Source: the human T2T-CHM13v2.0 reference genome, Homo sapiens
Strand: one strand, 5' to 3'
NCBI RefSeq assembly: GCF_009914755.1
Contig: NC_060946.1
DNA: 64,000 bases
Every line of letters begins with the position of its first letter. The first letter of the stretch is position 1. The notes under the pieces were generated by a model. It worked only from the letters and a program-made list of their open reading frames with translations, had not been told where the DNA came from and searched no databases. Below are positions 16,601 to 31,589 of this stretch, piece after piece. The translations under genes were made by a program, and so were the position numbers.

Positions 16601-18600
16601 TTATTATATACTGTACATAAAATATGAAATTACATCAAATATATATTATATTAGGAACATAAAATACGAAAGTACATCAAATATAGATTATATACTGTAC
16701 ATAAAATATCAAAGTACCCCAAATATATATTATATACTCTACATGAAATATCAAAATTCACAAACTATATATTATATACTGTACATAAAATATCAAAGTA
16801 CCCAAGGTATATATTCTATACTGTACAAAAAATATCAAAGTACCCAAAGCATGTATTATATACTGTACATAAAATATGAAAGTACATCAAATATATATTT
16901 TATTCTGTACATAAAATATCAAGGTACACCAGATATATATTCTATAGTGTACATAAAATATCAAAGTACCCAAAGTATAAATTATATACTGTACATAAAA
17001 TATGAAATTACATCAAATATATATTATATTAGGTACATAAAATATGAAAGTACATCAAATATAGATTATATACTGTACATTAAATACCAAAGTACCCCAA
17101 ATGTATATTTTATACTGTACATGAAATATCAAAGTTCACAAACTATATGTTATATACTGTACATAAAATATCAAAGTACCCGAGGTATATATTCTATACT
17201 GTACAAAAAATATCAAAGTACCCAAAGCATGTATTATATACTGTACATAAAATATGAAAGTACATCAAATATATATTTTATTCTGTACATAAAATATCAA
17301 AGTACACCAGATATATATTCTATAGTGTACATAAAATATAAAAGTACCCAAACTATACATTATATACTGTACATAAAATATGAAATTACATCAAATATAT
17401 TTTATATTAGGTACATAAAATATGAAAGTACATCAAATATAGATTATATACTGTACATTAAATACCAAAGTACCCCAAATATATATTTTATACTGTACAT
17501 GAAATATCAAAGTTCACAAACTACATATTATATACTGTACATATAATATCAAAGTACCCGAGGTATATATTCTATACTGTACAAAAAATAACAAAGTACC
17601 AAAAGCATGTAATATATACTGTACCTAAAATATGAAAGTACATCAAATATATATTTTATTCTTTACATAAAATATCAAAGTACACCAGATATATATTCTA
17701 TAGTGTACATAAAATATCAAAGTACCCAAACTATACATTATATACTGTACATAAAATATGAAATTACATCAAATATATATTAGGTACATAAAACATGAAA
17801 GTACATCAAATATAGATTATATACTGTACATAAAATATCAAAGTACCCCAAATATATATTATATACTGTACATGAAATATCAGAGTTCACAAACTATATA
17901 TTATATACTGTACATAAAATATCAAAGTACCCAAGGTATATATTCTATACTGTACAAAAAATATCAAAGTACCCAAAGCATGTATTATATACTGTACATA
18001 AAATATGAAAGTACATCAAATATATATTTTATTCTGTACATAATATATCAAAGTACACCAGATATATATTCTATAGTGTACATAAAATATCAAAGTACCC
18101 AAACTATTTATTATATACTGTACATGAAATATGAAATTACATCAAATATATATTATATTAGGTACATAAAATATGAAAGTACATCAAATATAGATTATAT
18201 ACTGTACATTAAATACCAAAGTACCCCAAATATATATTTTATACTGTACATGAAATATCAAAGTTCACAAACTATATATTATATACTGTACATAAAATAT
18301 CAAAGTACCCAAGGTATATATTCTATACTGTACAAAAAATATCAAAGTACCCACAGCATGTATTATATACTGTACATAAAATATGAAAGTACATCAAATA
18401 TATATATTATTCTGTACATAAAATATCAAAGTACACCAGATATATATTCCATAGTGTACATAAAATATCAAAGTACCCAAACTATACATTATATACTGTA
18501 CATAAAATATGAAATTACATCAAATTTATATTAGGTACATAAAATATGAAAGTACATCAAATATAGATTATATACTGTACATAAAATATCAAAGTAACCC
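7640..18600 (+). repeat. 4133-bp (11 x 9-mer) super-repeat: two full copies plus a third with a 749-bp deletion
   Basis: GTGCAC variant at 7905, 12038, 16171 (4133-bp steps). ORF pairs 8732/12865, 9052/13185, 10241/14374, 11365/15498 are offset 4133; then 12865/16249, 13185/16569, 14374/17758 are offset 3384. Confidence 0.88.
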
Positions 18601-21559
18601 AAATATATATTATATACTCTACATGAAATATCAAAGTTCACAAACTATATATTATATACTGTACATAAAATATCATATTACCCAAGGTATATATTCTATA
18701 CTGTGCAAAAAATATCAAAGTACCCAAAGCATGTATTATATACTGTATATAAAATATGAAAGTACATCAAATATATATTTTATTCTGTACATAAAATATC
18801 AAAGTACACCAGATATATATTCTATAGTGTACATAAAATAACAAAGTACAAAAACTATAAAATATATACTGTACATAAAATATGAAATTACATCAAATAT
18901 ATATTAAGTACATAAAATATGAAAGTACATCAAATATATATTATATACTGTACATAAAATATCAAAGTACCCAAGGTATATATTCTATACTGTACAAAAA
19001 ATATCAAAGTACCCAAAGCATGTATTATATACTGTACATAAAATATGAAAGTACATCAAAAATATATATTTAATTCTGTACATAAAATATCAAAGTACAC
19101 CAGATATATATTCTATAGTGTACATAAAATATCAAAGTACCCAAACTATTTATTATATACTGTACATAAAATATGAAATTACATCAAATATATATTATAT
19201 TAGGAACATAAAATACGAAAGTACATCAAATATAGATTATATACTGTACATAAAATATCAAAGTACCCCAAATATATATTATATACTCTACATGAAATAT
19301 CAAAGTTCACAAACTATATATTATATACTGTACATAAAATATCAAAGTACCCAAGGTATATATTCTATACTGTACAAAAAATATCAAAGTACCCAAAGCA
19401 TGTATTATATACTGTACATAAAATATGAAAGTACATCAAATATATATTTTATTCTGTACATAAAATATCAAGGTACACCAGATATATATTCTATAGTGTA
19501 CATAAAATATCAAAGTACCCAAAGTATAAATTATATACTGTACATAAAATATGAAATTACATCAAATATATATTATATTAGGTACATAAAATATGAAAGT
19601 ACATCAAATATAGATTATATACTGTACATTAAATACCAAAGTACCCCAAATATATATTTTATACTGTACATGAAATATCAAAGTTCACAAACTATGTTAT
19701 ATACTGTACATAAAATATCAAAGTACCCGAGGTATATATTCTATACTGTACAAAAAATATCAAAGTACCCAAAGCATGTATTATATACTGTACATAAAAT
19801 ATGAAAGTACATCAAATATATATTTTATTCTGTACATAAAATATCAATGTACACCAGATATATATTCTATAGTGTACATAAAATATAAAAGTACCCAAAC
19901 TATACATTATATACTGTACATAAAATATGAAATTACATCAAATATATTTTATATTAGGTACATAAAATATGAAAGTACATCAAATATAGATTATATACTG
20001 TACATTAAATACCAAAGTACCCCAAATATATATTTTATACTGTACATAAAATATCAAAGTACCCAAACTATACATTATATACTGTACATAAAATATGAAA
20101 TTACATCAAATATATATTAGGTACATAAAATATGAAAGTACATCAAATATAGATTATATACTATACATAAAATATCAAAGTACCCCAAATATATATTATA
20201 TACTGTACATGAAATATCAGAGTTCACAAACTATATATTATATACTGTACATAAAATATCAAAGTACCCAAGGTATATATTCTATACTGTACAAAAAATA
20301 TCAAAGTACCCAAAGCATGTATTATATACTGTACAAAAAATATGAAAGTACATCAAATATATATTTTATTCTGTACATAATATATCAAAGTACATCAGAT
20401 ATATATTCTATAGTGTACATAAAATATCAAAGTACCCAAACTATTTATTATATACTGTACATGAAATATGAAATTACATCAAATATATATTATATTAGGT
20501 ACATAAAATATGAAAGTACATCAAATATAGATTATATACTGTACATAAAATATCAAAGTACCCAAATATATATTATATACTCTAAATGAAATATCAAAGT
20601 TCACAAACTATATATTATATACTGTACATAAAATATCAAAGTACCCAAGGTATATATTCTATACTGTACAAAAAATATCAAAGTACCCAAAGCATGTATT
20701 ATATACTGTACATAAAATATGAAATTACATCAAATATATATTTTATTCTGTACATAAAATATCAAAGTACACAAGATATATATTCTATAGTGTACATAAA
20801 ATTACAAAGTACACAAACTATACATTATATACTGTACATAAAATATGAAATTACATCAAATATATATTAGGTACATAAAATATGAAAGTACATCAAATGT
20901 AGATTATATACTGTACAAAAAATATCAAAGTACCCCAAATATATATTATATACTCTACATGAAATATCAAAGTTCACAAACTATATATTATATACTGTAT
21001 ATAAAATATCAAAGTACCCAAGGTATATATTCTATACTGTACAAAAAATATCAAAGTTCCCAAAGCATGTATTATATACTGTATATAAAATATGAAAGCA
21101 CATCAAATATATATTTTATTCTGTACATAAAATATCAAAGTACACCAGATATATATTCTATAGTGTACATAAAATATCAAAGTACCCAAACTATACATTA
21201 TATACTGTACATAAAATATGAAATTACATCAAATATATATTATATTAGGTACATAAAATATGAAAGTACATCAAATATAGATTATATACTGTACATAAAA
21301 TATCAAAGTACCCCAAATATATATTATATACTCTACATGAAATATCAAAGTTCCCAAACTATATATTATATACTGTACATAAAATATCAAAGTACCCAAG
21401 GTATATATTCTATAATGTAAAAAAAATATCAAAGTACCCAAAGCATGTATTATATCCTGTACATAAAATATGAAAGTACATCAAGTATATATTTTATTCT
21501 GTACATAAAATATCAAAGTACACCAGATATATATTCTATAGTGTACATAAAATAACAAA

Positions 21560-24500
21560 GTACAGAAACTATACATTATATACTGTACATAAAATATGAA
21601 ATTACATCAAATATATATTAGGTACATAAAATATGAAAGTACATCAAATATAGGTTATATACTGTCCATAAAATATCAAAGTACCCCAAATATATATTAT
21701 ATACTCTACATGAAATATCAAAGTTCACAAACTATATATTATATACTGTACATAAAATATCAAAGTACCCAAAGTATATATTCTATACTGTACAAAAAAT
21801 ATCAAAGTACCCAAAGCATGTATTATATACTGTATATAAAATATGAAAGTACATCAAATATATATTTTATTCTGTACATAAAATATAAAAGTACACCAGA
21901 TATATATTCTATAGTGTACATAAAATATCAAAGTATGCAAACTATACATTATATACTGTACATAAAATATGAAATCACATCAAATATATATTATATTAGG
22001 TACATAAAATATGAAAGTACATCAAATATAGATTATATACTGTACATTAAATACCAAAGTACCCCAAATATATATTTTATACTGTACATGAAATATCAAA
22101 GTTCACAAACTATATGTTATATACTGTACATAAAATATCAAAGTACCCGAGGTATATATTCTATACTGTACAAAAAATATCAAAATACCCAAAGAATGTA
22201 TTATATACTGTACATAATATATGAAAGTACATCAAATATATATTTTATTCTGTACATAAAATATCAAAGTACACCAGATATATATTCTATAGTGTACATA
22301 AAATATAAAAGTACCCAAACTATACATTATATACTGTACATAAAATATGAAATTACATCAAATATATTTTATATTAGGTACATAAAATATGAAAGTACAT
22401 CAAATATAGATTATATACTGTACATTAAATACCAAAGTACCCCAAATATATATTTTATACTGTACATGAAATATCAAAGTTCACACACTACATATTATAT
22501 ACTGTACATATAATATCAAAGTACCCGAGTTATATATTCTATACTGTACAAAAAATAACAAAGTACCAAAAGCATGTAATATATAATGTACCTAAAATAT
22601 GAAAGTACATCAAATATATATTTTATTCTTTACATAAAATATCAAAGTACACCAGATATATATTCTATAGTGTACATAAAATATCAAAGTACCCAAACTA
22701 TACATTATATACTGTACATAAAATATGAAATTACATCAAATATATATTAGGTACATAAAATATGAAAGTACATCAAATATAGATTATATACTGTACATAA
22801 AATATCAAAGTACCCCAAATATATATTATATACTGTACATGAAATATCAGAGTTCACAAACTATATATTATATACTGTACATAAAATATCAAAGTACCCA
22901 AGGTATATATTCTATACTGTACAAAAAATATCAAAGTACCCAAAGCATGTATTATATACTGTACATAAAATATGAAAGTACATCAAATATATATTTTATT
23001 CTGTACATAAAATATCAAAGTACACCAGATATATATTCTATAGTGTACATAAAATATAAAAGTACCCAAACTATACATTATATACTGTACATAAAATATG
23101 AAATTACATCAAATATATTTTATATTAGGTACATAAAATATGAAAGTACATCAAATATAGATTATATACTGTACATAAAATACCAAAGTACCCCAAATAT
23201 ATATTTTATACTGTACATGAAATATCAAAGTTCACACACTACATATTATATACTGTACATATAATATCAAAGTACCCGAGGTATATATTCTATACTGTAC
23301 AAAAAATAACAAAGTACCAAAAGCATGTAACATATACTGTACCTAAAATATGAAAGTACATCAAATATATATTTTATTCTTTACATAAAATATCAAAGTA
23401 CACCAGATATATATTCTATAGTGTACATAAAATATCAAAGTACCCAAACTATACATTATATACTGTACATAAAATATGAAATTACATCAAATATATATTA
23501 GGTACATAAAATATGAAAGTACATCAAATATAGATTATATACTGTACATAAAATATCAAAGTACCCCAAATATATATTACATACTGTACATGAAATATCA
23601 GAGTTCACAAACTATATATTATATACTGTACATAAAATATCAAAGTACCCAAGGTATATATTCTATACTGTACAAAAAATATCAAAGTACCCAAAGCATG
23701 TATTATATACTGTACATAAAATATGAAAGTACATCAAATATATATTTTATTCTGTACATAATATATCAAAGTACACCAGATATATATTCTATAGTGTACA
23801 TAAAATATCAAAGTACCCAAACTATTTATTATATACTGTACATGAAATATGAAATTACATCAAATATATATTATATTAGGTACATAAAATATGAAAGTAC
23901 ATCAAATATAGATTATATACTGTACATTAAATACCAAAGTACCCCAAATATATATTTTATACTGTACATGAAATATCAAAGTTCACAAACTACATATTAT
24001 ATACTGTACATATAATATCAAAGTACCCGAGGTATATATTCTATACTGTACAAAAAATAACAAAGTACCAAAAGCATGTAATATATACTGTACCTAAAAT
24101 ATGAAAGTACATCAAATATATATTTTATTCTTTACATAAAATATCAAAGTACACCAGATATATATTCTATAGTGTACATAAAATATCAAAGTACCCAAAC
24201 TATACATTATATACTGTACATAAAATATGAAATTACATCAAATATATATTAGGTACATAAAATATGAAAGTACATCAAATATAGATTATATACTGTACAT
24301 AAAATATCAAAGTACCCCAAATATATATTATATACTGTACATGAAATATCAGAGTTCAAAAACTATATATTATATACTGTACATAAAATATCAAAGTACC
24401 CAAGGTATATATTCTATACTGTACAAAAAATATCAAAGTACCCAAAGCATGTATTATATACTGTACATAAAATATGAAAGTACATCAAATATATATTTTA

Positions 24501-27500
24501 TTCTGTACATAAAATATCAAAGTACACCAGATATATATTCTATAGTGTACATAAAATAACAAGGTACACAAACTATACATTATATACTGTACATAAAATA
24601 TGAAATCACATCAAATATATATTAGGTACATAAAATATGAAAGTACATCAAATATAGGTTATATACTGTACATAAAATATCAAAGTACCCCAAATATATA
24701 TTATATACTCTACATGAAATATCAAAGTTCACAAACTATATATTATATACTGTACATAAAATATCAAAGTACCCAAAGTATATATTCTATACTGTACAAA
24801 AAATATCAAAGTACCCAAAGCATGTATTATATACTGTATATAAAATATGAAAGTACATCAAATATATATTTTATTCTGTACATAAAATATAAAAGTACAC
24901 CAGATATATATTCTATAGTGTACATAAAATATCAAAGTATGCAAACTATACATTATATACTGTACATAAAATATGAAATCACATCAAATATATATTATAT
25001 CAGGTACATAAAATATGAAAGTACATCAAATATAGATTATATACTGTACATTAAATACCAAAGTACCCCAAATATATATTTTATACTGTACATGAAATAT
25101 CAAAGTTCACAAACTATATGTTATATACTGTACATAAAATATCAAAGTACCCGAGGTATATATTCTATACTGTACAAAAAATATCAAAGTACCCAAAGAA
25201 TGTATTATATACTGTACATAATATATGAAAGTACATCAAATATATATTTTATTCTGTACATAAAATATCAAAGTACACCAGATATATATTCTATAGTGTA
25301 CATAAAATATAAAAGTACCCAAACTATACATTATATACTGTACATAAAATATGAAATTACATCAAATATATTTTATATTAGGTACATAAAATATGAAAGT
25401 ACATCAAATATAGATTATATACTGTACATTAAATACCAAAGTACCCCAAATATATATTTTATACTGTACATGAAATATCAAAGTTCACACACTACATATT
25501 ATATACTGTACATATAATATCAAAGTACCCGAGGTATATATTCTATACTGTACAAAAAATAACAAAGTACCAAAAGCATGTAATATATACTGTACCTAAA
25601 ATATGAAAGTACATCAAATATATATTTTATTCTTTACATAAAATATCAAAGTACACCAGATATATATTCTATAGTGTACATAAAATATCAAAGTACCCAA
25701 ACTATACATTATATACTGTACATAAAATATGAAATTACATCAAATATATATTAGGTACATAAAATATGAAAGTACATCAAATATAGATTATATACTGTAC
25801 ATAAAATATCAAAGTACCCCAAATATATATTATATACTGTACATGAAATATCAGAGTTCACAAACTATATATTATATACTGTACATAAAATATCAAAGTA
25901 CCCAAGGTATATATTCTATACTGTACAAAAAATATCAAAGTACCCAAAGCATGTATTATATACTGTACATAAAATATGAAAGTACATCAAATATATATTT
26001 TATTCTGTACATAAAATATCAAAGTACACCAGATATATATTCTATAGTGTACATAAAATATAAAAGTACCCAAACTATACATTATATACTGTACATAAAA
26101 TATGAAATTACATCAAATATATTTTATATTAGGTACATAAAATATGAAAGTACATCAAATATAGATTATATACTGTACATAAAATACCAAAGTACCCCAA
26201 ATATATATTTTATACTGTACATGAAATATCAAAGTTCACACACTACATATTATATACTGTACATATAATATCAAAGTACCCGAGGTATATATTCTATACT
26301 GTACAAAAAATAACAAAGTACCAAAAGCATGTAACATATACTGTACCTAAAATATGAAAGTACATCAAATATATATTTTATTCTTTACATAAAATATCAA
26401 AGTACACCAGATATATATTCTATAGTGTACATAAAATATCAAAGTACCCAAACTATACATTATATACTGTACATAAAATATGAAATTACATCAAATATAT
26501 ATTAGGTACATAAAATATGAAAGTACATCAAATATAGATTATATACTGTACATAAAATATCAAAGTACCCCAAATATATATTATATACTGTACATGAAAT
26601 ATCAGAGTTCACAAACTATATATTATATACTGTACATAAAATATCAAAGTACCCAAGGTATATATTCTATACTGTACAAAAAATATCAAAGTACCCAAAG
26701 CATGTATTATATACTGTACATAAAATATGAAAGTACATCAAATATATATTTTATTCTGTACATAATATATCAAAGTACACCAGATATATATTCTATAGTG
26801 TACATAAAATATCAAAGTACCCAAACTATTTATTATATACTGTACATGAAATATGAAATTACATCAAATATATATTATATTAGGTACATAAAATATGAAA
26901 GTACATCAAATATAGATTATATACTGTACATTAAATACCAAAGTACCCCAAATATATATTTTATACTGTACATGAAATATCAAAGTTCACAAACTACATA
27001 TTATATACTGTACATATAATATCAAAGTACCCGAGGTATATATTCTATACTGTACAAAAAATAACAAAGTACCAAAAGCATGTAATATATACTGTACCTA
27101 AAATATGAAAGTACATCAAATATATATTTTATTCTTTACATAAAATATCAAAGTACACCAGATATATATTCTATAGTGTACATAAAATATCAAAGTACCC
27201 TAACTATACATTATATACTGTACATAAAATATGAAATTACATCAAATATATATTAGGTACATAAAATATGAAAGTACATCAAATATAGATTATATACTGT
27301 ACATAAAATATCAAAGTACCCCAAATATATATTATATACTGTACATGAAATATCAGAGTTCAAAAACTATATATTATATACTGTACATAAAATATCAAAG
27401 TACCCAAGGTATATATTCTATACTGTACAAAAAATATCAAAGTACCCAAAGCATGTATTATATACTGTACATAAAATATGAAAGTACATCAAATATATAT

Positions 27501-30500
27501 TTTATTCTGTACATAAAATATCAAAGTACACCAGATATATATTCTATAGTGTACATAAAATAACAAGGTACACAAACTATACATTATATACTGTACATAA
27601 AATATGAAATCACATCAAATATATATTAGGTACATAAAATATGAAAGTACATCAAATATAGGTTATATACTGTACATAAAATATCAAAGTACCCCAAATA
27701 TATATTATATACTCTACATGAAATATCAAAGTTCACAAACTATATATTATATACTGTACATAAAATATCAAAGTACCCAAAGTATATATTCTATACTGTA
27801 CAAAAAATATCAAAGTACCCAAAGCATGTATTATATACTGTATATAAAATATGAAAGTACATCAAATATATATTTTATTCTGTACATAAAATATAAAAGT
27901 ACACCAGATATATATTCTATAGTGTACATAAAATATCAAAGTATGCAAACTATACATTATATACTGTACATAAAATATGAAATCACATCAAATATATATT
28001 ATATCAGGTACATAAAATATGAAAGTACATCAAATATAGATTATATACTGTACATTAAATACCAAAGTACCCCAAATATATATTTTATACTGTACATGAA
28101 ATATCAAAGTTCACAAACTATATGTTATATACTGTACATAAAATATCAAAGTACCCGAGGTATATATTCTATACTGTACAAAAAATATCAAAGTACCCAA
28201 AGAATGTATTATATACTGTACATAATATATGAAAGTACATCAAATATATATTTTATTCTGTACATAAAATATCAAAGTACACCAGATATATATTCTATAG
28301 TGTACATAAAATATAAAAGTACCCAAACTATACATTATATACTGTACATAAAATATGAAATTACATCAAATATATTTTATATTAGGTACATAAAATATGA
28401 AAGTACATCAAATATAGATTATATACTGTACATTAAATACCAAAGTACCCCAAATATATATTTTATACTGTACATGAAATATCAAAGTTCACACACTACA
28501 TATTATATACTGTACATATAATATCAAAGTACCCGAGGTATATATTCTATACTGTACAAAAAATAACAAAGTACCAAAAGCATGTAATATATACTGTACC
28601 TAAAATATGAAAGTACATCAAATATATATTTTATTCTTTACATAAAATATCAATGTACACCAGATATATATTCTATAGTGTACATAAAATATCAAAGTAC
28701 CCAAACTATACATTATATACTGTACATAAAATATGAAATTACATCAAATATATATTAGGTACATAAAATATGAAAGTACATCAAATATAGATTATATACT
28801 GTACATAAAATATCAAAGTACCCCAAATATATATTATATACTGTACATGAAATATCAGAGTTCAAAAACTATATATTATATACTGTACATAAAATATCAA
28901 AGTACCCAAGGTATATATTCTATACTGTACAAAAAATATCAAAGTACCCAAAGCATGTATTATATACTGTACATAAAATATGAAAGTACATCAAATATAT
29001 ATTTTATTCTGTACATAAAATATCAAAGTACACCAGATATATATTCTATAGTGTACATAAAATAACAAGGTACACAAACTATACATTATATACTGTACAT
29101 AAAATATGAAATCACATCAAATATATATTAGGTACATAAAATATGAAAGTACATCAAATATAGGTTATATACTGTACATAAAATATCAAAGTACCCCAAA
29201 TATATATTATATACTCTACATGAAATATCAAAGTTCACAAACTATATATTATATACTGTACATAAAATATCAAAGTACCCAAAGTATATATTCTATACTG
29301 TACAAAAAATATCAAAGTACCCAAAGCATGTATTATATACTGTATATAAAATATGAAAGTACATCAAATATATATTTTATTCTGTACATAAAATATCAAA
29401 TTACACCAGATATATATTCTATAGTGTACATAAAATATCAAAGTATGCAAACTATACATTATATACTGTACATAAAATATGAAATCACATCAAATATATA
29501 TTATATTAGGTACATAAAATATGAAAGTACATCAAATATAGATTATATACTGTACATTAAATACCAAAGTACCCCAAATATATATTTTATACTGTACATG
29601 AAATATCAAAGTTCACAAACTATATGTTATATACTGTACATAAAATATCAAAGTACCCGAGGTATATATTCTATACTGTACAAAAAATATCAAAGTACCC
29701 AAAGCATGTATTATATACTGTGCATAAAATATGAAAGTACATCAAATATATATTTTATTCTGTACATAAAATATCAAAGTACACCAGATATATATTCTAT
29801 AGTGTACATAAAATATAAAAGTACCCAAACTATACATTATATACTGTACATAAAATATGAAATTACATCAAATATATTTTATATTAGGTACATAAAATAT
29901 GAAAGTACATCAAATATAGATTATATACTGTACATTAAACACCAAAGTACCCCAAATATATATTTTATACTGTACATGAAATATCAAAGTTCACAAACTA
30001 CATATTATATACTGTACATATAATATCAAAGTACCCGAGGTATATATTCTATACTGTACAAAAAATAACAAAGTACCAAAAGCATGTAATATATACTGTA
30101 CCTAAAATATGAAAGTACATCAAATATATATTTTATTCTTTACATAAAATATCAAATTACACCAGATATATATTCTATAGTGTACATAAAATATCAAAGT
30201 ACCCAAACTATACATTATATACTGTACATAAAATATGAAATTACATCAAATATATATTAGGTACATAAAATATGAAAGTACATCAAATATAGATTATATA
30301 CTGTACATAAAATATCAAAGTACCCCAAATATATATTATATACTGTACATGAAATATCAGAGTTCACAAACTATATATTATATACTGTACATAAAATATC
30401 AAAGTACCCAAGGTATATATTCTATACTTTACAAAAAATATCAAAGTACCCAAAGCATGTATTATATACTGTACATAAAATATGAAAGTACATCAAATAT

Positions 30501-30570
30501 ATATTTTATTCTGTACATAAAATATCAAAGTACACCAGATATATATTCTATAGTGTACATAAAATAACAA
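21560..30570 (+). repeat. 3004-bp (8 x 9-mer) super-repeat collapsing to a 1502-bp (4 x 9-mer) period
   Basis: Matching ORFs 21596/24600/27604, 22725/25729, 23476/26480, 24227/27231 are offset 3004; then 27231/28733/30235 and 27604/29106 are offset 1502. Confidence 0.88.
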
Positions 30571-31589
30571 AGTACAAAAACTATAAAATACATACTGTAC
30601 ATAAAATATGAAATTACATCAAATATATATTAAGTACATAAAATATGAAAGTACATCAAATATAGATTATATACTGTACATAAAATATCAATGTACCCCA
30701 AATATATATGTTATACTCGACATGAAATATCAAAGTTCACAAACCATATATTATATACTGTACATAAAATATCAAAGTACCCAAGTTATATATTCTATAC
30801 TATACAAAAAATATCAAAGTACCCAAAGCATGTATTATATACTGTACATAAAATATGAAAGTACATCAAATATATATTTTATTCTGTACATAAAATATCA
30901 AAGTACACCAGATATATATTCTATAGTGTACATAAAATATCAAAGTACCCAAACTATACATTATATTCTGTACATAAAATATGAAATTACATCAAATATA
31001 TATTATATTAGGTACATAAAATATGAAAGTACATCAAATATAGATTATATACTGTACATAAAATATCAAAGTACCCCAAATATATATTATATACTGTATA
31101 TGAAATATCAAAGTTCACAAACTATATATTATATACTGTACATAAAATATTAAAGTACCCAAGGTATATATTCTATACTGCACAAAAAAATCAAAGTACC
31201 CAAAGCATGTATTATATACTGTATATAAAATATGAAAGTACATCAAATATATATTTTATTCTGTACATTATATATCAAAGTACACCAGATATATATTCTA
31301 TAGTGTACATAAAATAACAAAGTACACAAACTATACATTATATACTGTACATAAAATATGAAATTACATCAAATATATATTAGGTACATAAAATATGAAA
31401 GTACATCAAATATAGATTATATACTGTACATAAAATATCAATGTACCCCAAATATATATTTTATACTCTACATGAAATATCAAAGTTCACAAACCATATA
31501 TTGTATACTGTACATAAAATATCAAAGTACCAAAGGTATGTATTCTATACTGTACAAAAAATATCAAAGTACCCAAAGCATGTATTATA

